In this document: positions 28,362-37,234 of the stretch, piece after piece | Layout: every line of letters begins with the position of its first letter | How positions within the stretch are numbered: position 1 is the first letter of the stretch | From: a virus | Lineage: Duplodnaviria > Caudoviricetes | Virus record (IMG/VR): IMGVR_UViG_3300028392_000069 | Coordinates: 1 to 60,247 of that record | Strand: one strand, 5' to 3' | DNA: 60,247 bases | Notes under the pieces: generated by a model | Seen by the model: only the letters and a program-made list of their open reading frames with translations | Database searches by the model: none | Told to the model about the DNA's origin: nothing | Made by a program: the position numbers and the translations under genes

Positions 28362-28874
28362 ATGTTAGATATTACAGTAACACAAGCCCCTGAAGTCAAC
28401 GTCATTGACGTTTTACGTAACGCAGTTGCTGAAGCAACGGTTCGCGCCTATGGTGCAGAACGTGAATACGCCATTGCATTGTGCGGGACTTTGCCCTTTG
28501 CTTGGTATTCAGTGGAGCATAGCGATAAGTCTGAAGGGGCAAAGCCTACGCATGCTGAGAAAAAAGCATTGTTCAAAGTGCTCAATGCCGCAAAGCATAC
28601 TAACCCGTCGACGGTGTGGGCGCGTGTACGCAAATATGCTCAGGAACATGTAGAGGGTAAGCCCGAAAATGCTGAGGGCGAAAGTGCTGAGGGCGAATCA
28701 GTGGGCGCAAAAGCTCGACGTTCGCTAACCCTGCGTTTTGTTGAAGAGCTTACTACTCTCTACAAAGCTGGAAAGAATGCTGAATCGATGTCCGCAAAGG
28801 AAACCGATGCGCATACGTACATAGCAAGCGCATTGAAAGCTCTAGGGATTGACTTAGCCACAATCCAATCGTAA
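28362..28874 (+). CDS. Early hypothetical protein (170 aa)
   Basis: RBS AAGGA; first gene after P1. Confidence 0.85.
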   Translation: MLDITVTQAPEVNVIDVLRNAVAEATVRAYGAEREYAIALCGTLPFAWYSVEHSDKSEGAKPTHAEKKALFKVLNAAKHTNPSTVWARVRKYAQEHVEGKPENAEGESAEGESVGAKARRSLTLRFVEELTTLYKAGKNAESMSAKETDAHTYIASALKALGIDLATIQS

Positions 28875-28936
28875 ACCCGAGGGTAAGAGGGGAAACCCTC
28901 TTACCTAACATTGTTAGGTAAACTGGAGAAAATTTT

Positions 28937-29167
28937 ATGGCATACGCAAATGAATATCTTACCGATGAAGAGCATGAGCAAAATCTAGTCACGCAACAAA
29001 ACATGAGGGCAATAAATCAGGGTATAAATGTACATGTTCAATTGTGGCTTGACGGTTTAATTACTGATAGGGAAATAACCGCATACTTTGCCAAACTGAA
29101 CGAACGGTTTTCCCGCGCCGATGTGCGCGGTTTGATTGACCCGAATACGGGCCTGCGTTACGAATAA
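28937..29167 (+). CDS. Early hypothetical protein (76 aa)
   Basis: RBS GGAG; followed by a terminator. Confidence 0.8.
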   Translation: MAYANEYLTDEEHEQNLVTQQNMRAINQGINVHVQLWLDGLITDREITAYFAKLNERFSRADVRGLIDPNTGLRYE

Positions 29168-29185
29168 CCCCCCCTCTCCAAACCC

Positions 29186-29210
29186 AAGCCCGCGCAATGC
29201 GGGCTTTTTT
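29186..29210 (+). terminator. Intrinsic terminator
   Basis: AAGCCCGC-GCAAT-GCGGGCTT followed by further T residues. Confidence 0.85.
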
Positions 29211-29875
29211 ACGTCTGGGCTTTTCTCCCTCCCCCTATTTGAATTGACCTAACAATGTTAGGTCGGATGGAATGCCAGTTCTCGGGTCGGCGGTAGCGTA
29301 CCACGTTGTTACAATGTTACAATGTTACGCGAATTTTTAAGTCCCACTGCCAGCATGGTTATTCGGCGAACCTAACAATGTTATGCTTTTTTCGATGTTA
29401 CGGGCTAATGTTACGTGCGTAACATTGCTAAGTCCTTGATTTATAAGGATATTTTCGTAAAGTTACAATGTTACGCGATTTTCGGAATGGGTGTCGGTTG
29501 GCGCAAGAAAATTTAGAGGCACGATAATAACGGCAAATGCAATTCATACCACAAAAACTAATTTTTCCCCGCCTCATACCCTCTCTTAAAAACACATAAC
29601 ATTATAACATTATATATATCTACTACTTTTTCTTTTATGAATCAACAACTTGCGAACCTTTTTCCGTTATGTTTGCCTTTTTATAACCATAACTTTGCTG
29701 TAACATTGCCCCATTTCCATAACGCACAAGTCTACCCATTTCATAACACCCCAAACCCAACCCGCAAAAACCCCCCCGAAACGTAACAAAGCACAGAAAT
29801 GTAACAAAGCACCGAAATGTAACAAAGCACCGAAATGTAACAAACTAAAGCACTCTAATCTTTTGTCGAGCCTAA
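29211..29875. other. Origin-like non-coding region with TGTTAC/GTAACA repeats, two IHF consensus sites and an AT-rich core
   Basis: About 660 bp with no credible CDS; WATCAANNNNTTR matches at 29429-29441 (-) and 29640-29652 (+); AT-rich 29586-29640. Confidence 0.55.
29778..29849 (+). repeat. 18-bp tandem repeat x4 (iteron-like)
   Basis: GAAAYGTAACAAAGCACM units at 29778, 29796 and 29814, and a degenerate unit at 29832. Confidence 0.9.
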
Positions 29876-29886
29876 GACTAAAGGAC

Positions 29887-29915
29887 TTGACATTGCCATA
29901 ACATTGTGGTATAAT
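29887..29915 (+). promoter_or_regulatory. Early sigma70 promoter P2 (perfect consensus)
   Basis: TTGACA-N17-TATAAT with TG extended -10. Confidence 0.9.
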
Positions 29916-30025
29916 ATACGCTGGCACGGAGAAATATAACCCGTAGTCAAACGAGCCCAAGTGCGCCAAAGTGCGCCCAAGCAAAACCCACCTAACAATG
30001 TTAGGTACTTTCAGAAAGGTTAGAT

Positions 30026-30274
30026 ATGTTAGATGTAGATAAAGACACAAGTAGTCAATGGTGCGAGTGCGCTAGATGTGGGGATGAATTCCCCGTGCGC
30101 CGCAAGCAACTAGGGTATAAGTTATGCCTATGGTGTGGCGAAGAAGCCGCAACTGTAGAACGCAGTTCGTGGTGCATTGTGCAGGAATACTCAAAGGGCG
30201 CATACCAATTGGTTACACCTGCCGCCGCACACATAACCCTCAAGCAAACCAACCCCAAGGAGCAACGCGCATGA
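30026..30274 (+). CDS. C4 zinc-finger protein (DksA/TraR-like finger)
   Basis: CARCGDEFPVRR...LCLWC spacing resembles the TraR/DksA C4 finger. Confidence 0.6.
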   Translation: MLDVDKDTSSQWCECARCGDEFPVRRKQLGYKLCLWCGEEAATVERSSWCIVQEYSKGAYQLVTPAAAHITLKQTNPKEQRA

Positions 30275-30444
30275 ACACAAAGTCCGAAACCATTTCCCAC
30301 ATCGGGATTGCAGTCCTTACCACAATCATTCTTTTCACTTGCTGGGACAGAGAGGGCTGGCTATTCGAAGCTGGCCTAGTATGGGCTGGAGCCAACATCG
30401 GGTTTTTAGTGACAGTCTATTTGAACCAAGGAGAAGATGAATGA
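30271..30444 (+). CDS. Small membrane protein (57 aa)
   Basis: RBS AAGGAG, ATG at 30271; two hydrophobic segments; ends GEDE. Confidence 0.75.
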   Translation: MNTKSETISHIGIAVLTTIILFTCWDREGWLFEAGLVWAGANIGFLVTVYLNQGEDE

Positions 30445-30623
30445 AAGTCAAAGAGTTAATCCATTACCTGCAAGGGCGCAACCCTGAGCATGACGTAGTT
30501 ATATCTGGACATGAGCTAGGGTTAGGCAGCGACCTTATCCTTGTAGGTGCATACCAGTATGACAACACCACCTACGTTTGCCTGATAACAGGTGATAGTT
30601 TTGAAGAAGGAGAAGATGAATGA
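30441..30623 (+). CDS. Small hypothetical protein (60 aa)
   Basis: MKVKELI...; ATGA overlaps at both ends; ends GEDE. Confidence 0.8.
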   Translation: MKVKELIHYLQGRNPEHDVVISGHELGLGSDLILVGAYQYDNTTYVCLITGDSFEEGEDE

Positions 30624-30850
30624 ACACCTACTGGAACTATCGCATCGTCAATGCCAAATCAGAAAACGGCGGCGAGGATTGGTACTGCCTGAAAGAAGTC
30701 GTGTACCAAGACGGTAAGCCTTGGGGCTATAACGACCCCTGCATTGGGTCTGATGACATGGACTCTATGCGTGACGTATGGCGCTTGATGAGCCTAGCAA
30801 TGGAAGTGCCGCCGATGCAAGAATCAGACTTTGTAGGAGAAGATGAATGA
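30620..30850 (+). CDS. Small hypothetical protein (76 aa)
   Basis: WNYRIV...LKEVVY; ends GEDE. Confidence 0.8.
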   Translation: MNTYWNYRIVNAKSENGGEDWYCLKEVVYQDGKPWGYNDPCIGSDDMDSMRDVWRLMSLAMEVPPMQESDFVGEDE

Positions 30851-31062
30851 CTATGGTAACTAACACATTCGTAACCGAAGGCAATAAGTACCACGTCGAG
30901 GTATTCGGCAATGGCTGGGCATATTGCGTGACGTGCCAACGCACAGGCGATAACTTTTTTGTCCAAGACCATGATGCCGAGCAACTGCAAAACGAGACTG
31001 ATAACTTTGAGTGCATCGGTGCGATTGATATGTATATGGAAGCATTGGGAGGTTCAACATGA
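30847..31062 (+). CDS. Small hypothetical protein (71 aa)
   Basis: RBS supplied by the junction repeat; ATGA overlaps. Confidence 0.75.
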   Translation: MTMVTNTFVTEGNKYHVEVFGNGWAYCVTCQRTGDNFFVQDHDAEQLQNETDNFECIGAIDMYMEALGGST

Positions 31063-31262
31063 ATACAGAATTATTGGTAGAGCCACGCGACAAGTACGGG
31101 GAGACCCGTATCTACCCCAAGTGCGACAAGTCCAAACTGTTCTGTCAGATGCTCAATCAAAAGACGCTGACCCCACGGGACATCCACAACATCATCCGGC
31201 TTGGATTCACCATCAAAGCAGAACACCCGCCGATTACATTCGGCACAACTCAAGGAGCCTAA
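31059..31262 (+). CDS. Small hypothetical protein (67 aa)
   Basis: YGETRIYP.C....F......KTLT.....I..LGF pattern; RBS GGAGG. Confidence 0.8.
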   Translation: MNTELLVEPRDKYGETRIYPKCDKSKLFCQMLNQKTLTPRDIHNIIRLGFTIKAEHPPITFGTTQGA

Positions 31263-31264
31263 CA

Positions 31265-31438
31265 ATGTTAGCTAGATACTGCGTAACAGGATGGAGCCCA
31301 CGCTTTGGGGTGTGGGAGACAGAGATGATTGAGGCTAAGAATATGGAGGCGGCGAAGGTGCGCTACTCCATGAAGTTCTCAAGCAACAAGCGAGTCAAGG
31401 CGTACTTACTACGCACGAATGCAGAGATGATGGAATAA
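31265..31438 (+). CDS. Small hypothetical protein (57 aa)
   Basis: RBS AAGGAG; the ATG lies inside a palindrome copy; C-terminal part of track ORF 30959..31438. Confidence 0.7.
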   Translation: MLARYCVTGWSPRFGVWETEMIEAKNMEAAKVRYSMKFSSNKRVKAYLLRTNAEMME

Positions 31439-31472
31439 ACAAACGTAACAAACTAAACGAAAGAAGGGCAAC

Positions 31473-32531
31473 ATGGCTTTTAATTCAACAACCCGACTGC
31501 CTTACATACGTTCGTATGCCACGGCGAAAGCAATATACGAGAAGGTCGCGCCGATTCGGGGCGACGAGAACAATCGGCGACCACTAGCCAAGCGAAGCGA
31601 CAAGCACATGCACATAAGCAAGGTGCAAAAGGACGCCGACGAGGTTTATGTCTGCCACTGCTACGACAAGCCGATGGTGACGTACTACCCCGACGACACC
31701 GTGGAAATCCATGATGCACCGCACAGTACAGCGTACACCCGAGAATTCTACGGACAGTTGTTAAGTGGTATGCACGTATACGTAATTAATAGTAAGACTG
31801 TAATGCAACTAAAGGACAGCAAGGATAAGTACGTAATAGCCAAGGGCAACACAATCCGACTGAAGCACGACTACATTAAAAATACTTGGGTGGTGGTGCA
31901 AGCCGAGGGCGCACTTGAGTGGACGCTGAACAAGGCCAAGGCTAACATTGTTAGGCGACCATACGCTGAGTTCTTGGGCTACTACAAGGGGATGACATCG
32001 CTACTCAATGAAGCCGTGGACTTTGATGTGAAGTATGCCCGACGCTACAGCAGACCAGATGCCGACACCCCGTTCATTGCGAAGCACGAGGTTGTACTGC
32101 CTATGCCTACGCTAGTATCCATGTTTGGTGTGAACACAACAACATATTTCGGAGGTGAAACCCTGAACACCACGGAGATAGACAAGGCGAGCAACACATG
32201 GGTTCCGCACTGGGGTGATAAGGATAAATGTGCAGAGTTAATCGGTAAGACCAAGGCCAAGCAACAGGAGGTATTGGCGCTGATGCGTAGTGACCAGCCC
32301 GAAGATACCAAGGGCGACAACTTCTACAAGGCGGCGCTGATGATGCTGATGCAGGGCATGTCGTATGTGAGTGTTAAGAAAGATACAGTCAAGATAGCGA
32401 CATCGACTGCGCGAAAGAAAGCCGACGAGTTCATACTGAGGATGCACAAGGGCGAGGTGCTGGAGCAAAAGCGTATGCCGATGGGCAAGGTGTCAAGCAC
32501 CAACTACCACACATGGTTTGAGTACATATAA
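31473..32531 (+). CDS. Early hypothetical protein (352 aa)
   Basis: Long ORF with purine-rich upstream sequence; no family recognised. Confidence 0.85.
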   Translation: MAFNSTTRLPYIRSYATAKAIYEKVAPIRGDENNRRPLAKRSDKHMHISKVQKDADEVYVCHCYDKPMVTYYPDDTVEIHDAPHSTAYTREFYGQLLSGMHVYVINSKTVMQLKDSKDKYVIAKGNTIRLKHDYIKNTWVVVQAEGALEWTLNKAKANIVRRPYAEFLGYYKGMTSLLNEAVDFDVKYARRYSRPDADTPFIAKHEVVLPMPTLVSMFGVNTTTYFGGETLNTTEIDKASNTWVPHWGDKDKCAELIGKTKAKQQEVLALMRSDQPEDTKGDNFYKAALMMLMQGMSYVSVKKDTVKIATSTARKKADEFILRMHKGEVLEQKRMPMGKVSSTNYHTWFEYI

Positions 32532-32576
32532 GCAGGAAGGGTTGGGAATATTTAGTCTTACACATGACTAAAGTAC

Positions 32577-32605
32577 TTGACTTAGGTATAACATTGTGGT
32601 ATACT
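32577..32605 (+). promoter_or_regulatory. Early sigma70 promoter P3
   Basis: TTGACT-N17-TATACT with TG extended -10; the 46-bp block is 40/46 identical to that of P2. Confidence 0.85.
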
Positions 32606-32708
32606 ATACGCACAGTAAGAGATAACAATGAGTGAGCAGGGGGGTTTCAGTCCTAACCTAACAATGTTAGGTTGGGGTTCATTAGTGGTTAGTTAGAAGG
32701 AGTTAGAT

Positions 32709-33773
32709 ATGTCAGAAGTTAATTTTGGTAAGACCGTAACGCTAAAGCAAGCGGTCAATTTGATTTGCACCAACCCCGAGATTCGGTTCATGCTACGGGG
32801 CGAGCCGGGTATTGGTAAGAGTTCGATGCTTGAAGCTATCGCCGAGCGTCTTGGTTATGACTATGCGTATATTGACGTACCCAATATGGATTTGGGTGAC
32901 GTTGCAATGCCTGTCATCGACCACGAGACACGTACCACGAAGTATTACCCCAATGCTCGGTTCAAGGTGCATCTAGGCAAGCCGGTGGTGATGATGTTCG
33001 ACGAGTTCAGTAAGGGCGCAGACCCAGTGAAGAACATGCTCCATCCATGCTTGGAGAAAGCCAACCCACGACTAGGCGACATCAGCCTGAACAACAGTAA
33101 CGTGGTTTTTCTTACGGGCAATTTGGCTACGGACGGAGTGGGAGACGTGCTCAAGGCGCATACCCGCAATCGTATCGTTGAGATAACTGTGGCAAAGCCG
33201 AGCGCCGAGGAGTGGATTGAGTGGGCTATCAACAAGGGACTGGAAGCCGAGGTGATTGCTTGGGTGAATCAGTACCCCCATGCTCTAGCTTCATACATTG
33301 ACCCAGCCCAAGCGGGGAATCCATACATCTACAACCCACGCAAGTCTCAGAGTGCGTTCGTATCCCCACGTTCATTGGAGACTGCATCTAACATTGTTAG
33401 GTCAAGGAAGGACAACGATACCGATGCGGTCATAGCAGCATTGGCTGGCGCAGTAGGTGAGTCAGCGGCGAGAGACTTGCAAGCGTACATCGAGTTCTCA
33501 GACCAACTGCCGACATGGGAGGCGACCATCGTGCAACCTAAGACTACCAAGATACCCACAAGTCCGGGCGCTAACGCAATCGTGGTATTCGGTGCAATTG
33601 CGCGAATCGACAAGGCAAACATTAACCCGTTCATGGAGTATCTCGGGCGTATGGAACCTGAGTGGCAAGCGGTGTTTGCTATCAACATAGCGAAGAATCC
33701 AACCAAGCAGAACATTGCGTTCGCTAGCGGTGCGTTCAAGGATTGGTTGGCTAAGAACCAAGATTTGCTGTAA
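32709..33773 (+). CDS. AAA+ ATPase (MoxR/AAA_5-like)
   Basis: Walker A GEPGIGKS, Walker B MMFDE, TGN sensor, SPRS motif. Confidence 0.88.
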   Translation: MSEVNFGKTVTLKQAVNLICTNPEIRFMLRGEPGIGKSSMLEAIAERLGYDYAYIDVPNMDLGDVAMPVIDHETRTTKYYPNARFKVHLGKPVVMMFDEFSKGADPVKNMLHPCLEKANPRLGDISLNNSNVVFLTGNLATDGVGDVLKAHTRNRIVEITVAKPSAEEWIEWAINKGLEAEVIAWVNQYPHALASYIDPAQAGNPYIYNPRKSQSAFVSPRSLETASNIVRSRKDNDTDAVIAALAGAVGESAARDLQAYIEFSDQLPTWEATIVQPKTTKIPTSPGANAIVVFGAIARIDKANINPFMEYLGRMEPEWQAVFAINIAKNPTKQNIAFASGAFKDWLAKNQDLL

Positions 33774-33797
33774 TCAACAAACGAAAGGAACCTAACA

Positions 33798-35009
33798 ATG
33801 TTAGAAGAAAGACGAGTTCAGAAAGCAAAGGTTACATTGATGCGTAACCCTAAGTTTGCTTTGCTGTCGGGCATCCTCATGGTGGGGCGCACGTATGTGA
33901 AAGATGATTTGCCGACTGCGTGTACTAACGGACGCGATGAGTCTTACGGGCGTGAGTTCGTTAAGAAACTACGTGACCCCGAGTTGGCGTTTGTGATAGC
34001 GCACGAAGCAGGACACAAGATGTACCGCCACTTGACAACGTGGAAGAAGCTACACGACGAGAACCACGAGCTAGCTAACCAAGCGTGTGACTACGTTATT
34101 AACCTGATGCTCAGGGACTTAGACCCAACAGAGCAGGTCGTTGCTATGCCGAGGTACAAAGATGGGCCTATGCGCGGTAATCACATGGGCCTGATTGATG
34201 AGAAGTTCCGAGGTATGAATACCAAGCAGGTGTTCGACATTCTCAAGCAGGAGGAGGAAGGAGGAGACGCGGGTAAAGGTGAAGGTGGGAACGGGCATAG
34301 TTTTGACGACCACGACTGGGACGGCGCAAAAGAAATGACCGAGGAAGAGAAGAAGGACTTGGCGCGAGACATAGACCAAGCTATTCGCCAAGGTCAGATG
34401 GCACGGCAAAAGATTGCGGGTGCTGGCGCTGGTGGATTGGACAGGGAGTTGCAGGATTTGCTTGAGCCCAAGGTGGATTGGCGCGAGGTGCTACGTGAGT
34501 ATGTGAAGGCAGTATGCAGAGCCAAAGATGCATCATCGTGGCGCAGAGTCAATCGTAGGTTTCTATCTATGGGCACTTACATGCCTAGCATGATTGGTGA
34601 AAAGATGGGGCACTTGGTTATAGGCATAGATACGTCAGGTTCGATTGGTGGGCAAGAGCTAGCCGACTTTCTTTCCGAGGTGAAGGGGATTGCTGAGGAG
34701 GTTATGCCCAGTCAGGTAGACCTAATCTACTGGGACAGCGCGGTAGCTGCGCATGAGGAATACAGCGAGCAGGATGTACCTAACATTGTTAGCTCTACTA
34801 AACCACGAGGTGGTGGGGGTACAAGCCCATCATGTGTATCTGCGTACTTGAAGGAGAAGAACATCAAGCCTGAGTGCACCATCATTCTGACCGATGGGTA
34901 TGTGGGTGACGATTGGGGTAGCGAGTGGACATCCGAGGTTCTGTGGTGCATCGTAGGTGGTAACACCGAGGTCGCACCGAATGGTAAGACGATTCATATT
35001 AAGGAGTAA
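33798..35009 (+). CDS. Metallopeptidase plus VWA-like domain protein (DUF2201-like)
   Basis: TACTNG, HEAGH (HExxH), N.ACDYVIN; MIDAS DTSGS; GGGGT; LTDGY. Confidence 0.88.
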   Translation: MLEERRVQKAKVTLMRNPKFALLSGILMVGRTYVKDDLPTACTNGRDESYGREFVKKLRDPELAFVIAHEAGHKMYRHLTTWKKLHDENHELANQACDYVINLMLRDLDPTEQVVAMPRYKDGPMRGNHMGLIDEKFRGMNTKQVFDILKQEEEGGDAGKGEGGNGHSFDDHDWDGAKEMTEEEKKDLARDIDQAIRQGQMARQKIAGAGAGGLDRELQDLLEPKVDWREVLREYVKAVCRAKDASSWRRVNRRFLSMGTYMPSMIGEKMGHLVIGIDTSGSIGGQELADFLSEVKGIAEEVMPSQVDLIYWDSAVAAHEEYSEQDVPNIVSSTKPRGGGGTSPSCVSAYLKEKNIKPECTIILTDGYVGDDWGSEWTSEVLWCIVGGNTEVAPNGKTIHIKE

Positions 35010-35012
35010 AGC

Positions 35013-35357
35013 ATGGACAAAGATTGGATGACTGAAGAGTACGGAATCCCACACAAAAACGGACATGTGCGGTTCTACATGATTGGATTTAATGAAGATG
35101 TGCATGGCTATTTAGGGTGGTTCGACATGACCGACTGGGATAAAGGTTGGGATGAATTATGGGAGACCGCAAAGCAAAGCCGAAATGGTGGTGAGGAATT
35201 CTCAATACTACGGCACGACCAATTACTTGACCTACAAAGAAACGTAATAAATGCGCTGGAAGAAGCGTTAGAGGATAAAGATGAGACCACGTTCTATTGG
35301 TGGTACAAGAAAGAAGCAAAATCTGAATCTAAAGGAGTGAACGATGAAAACCTATGA
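35013..35357 (+). CDS. Acidic, Trp-rich hypothetical protein (114 aa)
   Basis: RBS AAGGAG; tiles with neighbours. Confidence 0.75.
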   Translation: MDKDWMTEEYGIPHKNGHVRFYMIGFNEDVHGYLGWFDMTDWDKGWDELWETAKQSRNGGEEFSILRHDQLLDLQRNVINALEEALEDKDETTFYWWYKKEAKSESKGVNDENL

Positions 35358-35505
35358 AGTGGAGTTGGAATACATAGCATATATGGTTGTAACTGTAGAA
35401 GCCGAGAACGAAGACGAAGCCGAGGAGATTGCGTATAAGTCTGTTGAATCATCGAAGGCTGGGGGTAGTTGGCGTACCGAATCAGTGGAAGAAATTTTTA
35501 ATTAA
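35344..35505 (+). CDS. Small acidic protein (53 aa; below ORF track cutoff)
   Basis: RBS AAGGAG; MKTYEVELEY...VTVEAENEDEAEEIA, a DpnD/PcfM-like pattern. Confidence 0.75.
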   Translation: MKTYEVELEYIAYMVVTVEAENEDEAEEIAYKSVESSKAGGSWRTESVEEIFN

Positions 35506-35518
35506 CCGGAGAAATGAA

Positions 35519-36376
35519 ATGAGTATTAGTTCATCAGCGTTATTAGTGGAGTTGAATATCAGCGTATGGCCTGCGTCAAAGATTGACCGCGAGATTACCG
35601 ACAAGGTAAACAACGATGCGGGTGCAGTACACGGGGCGTCGCAGACTAAGAAGAACCTATTCGCAGGTACTAGTATGCGTAGCAACATCGAGAAGTTTGC
35701 GGCGAGAGTTCGGTTGTATCACAACCAATGCACCCTGCCGTGGGCTGACAAGGGTGAGCGCATGTTGCCGACTAAGTTGTTCATTGAGTACAAGCAGACA
35801 ATGGACAAGTACAACGACACATTCGACATGATGTGCGATGAGTTCTTTGTTGCGTATCCTGACCTAGTGGCAGCAGCACCTATTGCATTGAAGGGTATGT
35901 TCAAGGTAGAGGACTACCCCGACATAAATGCGGTGAAAACTAAGTTCGGATTTCGTCGAGCGGTCAAGCCACTGCCCGACGCTGGAGACTTTCGCTTAGA
36001 CATACCAGCGCAGGACTTGCAAGATATACGTGAAGAGTACGAGAAGCAGTACTCGGTCAAGTTAGCCGACGCTATGCGAGCGCCGTGGGAGAGACTGCAC
36101 ACCATGCTCAAGACCATCAGCGAGAAAGTTGCAGAGACAGGCAACGATGACGACAAACCTAAGCGGTATCACGATACGTTTATCTCCAACCCGTTGGAGC
36201 TATGTGAGTTGTTGACTAAGTTGAACGTGACTAATGACCCCAAGTTAGAGGAAGCACGTAAGCAGCTAGAGGTAACAATGTTAGGTACTAACCTTGAGGT
36301 AATTAAGGAGGACTCGGTGGCGCGTACTGTACTGAAGTCTAAGGTAGATGCAATCCTCGGTAAATTTGAATGGTAA
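35519..36376 (+). CDS. Helical protein resembling DUF3150 (start corrected to ATG 35519)
   Basis: RBS GGAG; LLVELNISVW, KKNL, TLPW..G.R.LP and DYP motifs; this family often accompanies AAA/VWA pairs. Confidence 0.65.
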   Translation: MSISSSALLVELNISVWPASKIDREITDKVNNDAGAVHGASQTKKNLFAGTSMRSNIEKFAARVRLYHNQCTLPWADKGERMLPTKLFIEYKQTMDKYNDTFDMMCDEFFVAYPDLVAAAPIALKGMFKVEDYPDINAVKTKFGFRRAVKPLPDAGDFRLDIPAQDLQDIREEYEKQYSVKLADAMRAPWERLHTMLKTISEKVAETGNDDDKPKRYHDTFISNPLELCELLTKLNVTNDPKLEEARKQLEVTMLGTNLEVIKEDSVARTVLKSKVDAILGKFEW

Positions 36377-36386
36377 GGAGAACCAA

Positions 36387-37223
36387 ATGACAGAACACAC
36401 ACGGACTTTTTCTAATCTTTTGTTTGCAGATAAATGCAGACCAACACCCGAACAGACTGTTCAGTGGAAAACAACAACACTAAGGGACGTAAGTTATTTC
36501 TTATGCGAACGTAATCCTACGTGGAATTTTATTGTCACGGAAAAAGATTGGGGTGGTGGCGATAAACTTTGTATAAAGAGAGTAGATGTAGTTAGCAAGG
36601 GAGAAATAATCGGTAAGCTTGTCGGCGCGTATAGCCGTGGCAATAATGGTGTGGAAATAATTGCAAAGAGTTCGCGCAAGTTTACGTCAGACTCTAAGAG
36701 GGCTATATCCATAGCAAAGAAATTACTACTACTCAAGACCAAGCAGGAGAGACTGCATGAATCAGTAGCTGCTGCTGAAAATTGCATATCTAATGCTGTG
36801 TATAACCATGATAGAGCAATGCAGAAAGTTAGGTACAGCCTCAACGAAGTAATTTTTAAGTACATGTTGAAGGACGCAAGAGCGTATGTCGAAGCTAACA
36901 TAAGCCACATGGATAGCAATGGTTTGCAAATGCTAGAGAAATACGATGAGCAATTAGCGCAAGTAAAAACCATTGACCGAATTAAATCATTGTTCGATGA
37001 TAAGAAAACAGCATTGCTTATTTTAGATGAGGGTAAATACCTAGTGAAGATAGGTGACGCCATTGATTTGTACAACGATACTACGCTTCCGATTTCCATG
37101 CGTGGTAATTTAGGCGTACTTAAATTGGTGGAGGTAGGTCAGATGGTTTCAGATATTGGCTGTAAGGTGAACGATGAAACCTTTGTACTAGTGATGGACG
37201 AACAACCTAACATTGTTAGCTAA
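36387..37223 (+). CDS. Early hypothetical protein (start corrected to ATG 36387)
   Basis: RBS AAGGAG; C-terminal LP..MRGNLGVLKLVE.GQ.VSDIG motif. Confidence 0.85.
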   Translation: MTEHTRTFSNLLFADKCRPTPEQTVQWKTTTLRDVSYFLCERNPTWNFIVTEKDWGGGDKLCIKRVDVVSKGEIIGKLVGAYSRGNNGVEIIAKSSRKFTSDSKRAISIAKKLLLLKTKQERLHESVAAAENCISNAVYNHDRAMQKVRYSLNEVIFKYMLKDARAYVEANISHMDSNGLQMLEKYDEQLAQVKTIDRIKSLFDDKKTALLILDEGKYLVKIGDAIDLYNDTTLPISMRGNLGVLKLVEVGQMVSDIGCKVNDETFVLVMDEQPNIVS

Positions 37224-37234
37224 GGAGAAACAAA

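Larger units (their letters stand above)
30429..30850 (+). repeat. 16-bp gene-junction repeat AGGAGAAGATGAATGA x3
   Basis: Exact copies at 30429-30444, 30608-30623 and 30835-30850. Confidence 0.93.

Noticed and set aside
29429-29652. IHF-flanked region as an attP site
   Set aside because: No tyrosine or serine recombinase was recognised in the genome, so an origin or packaging role is preferred.
29667-30050. 127-aa minus-strand ORF with LLHFGA repeats
   Set aside because: The repeats are the translation of the 18-bp DNA repeat. The ORF runs antisense across a consensus promoter and has no evident RBS.
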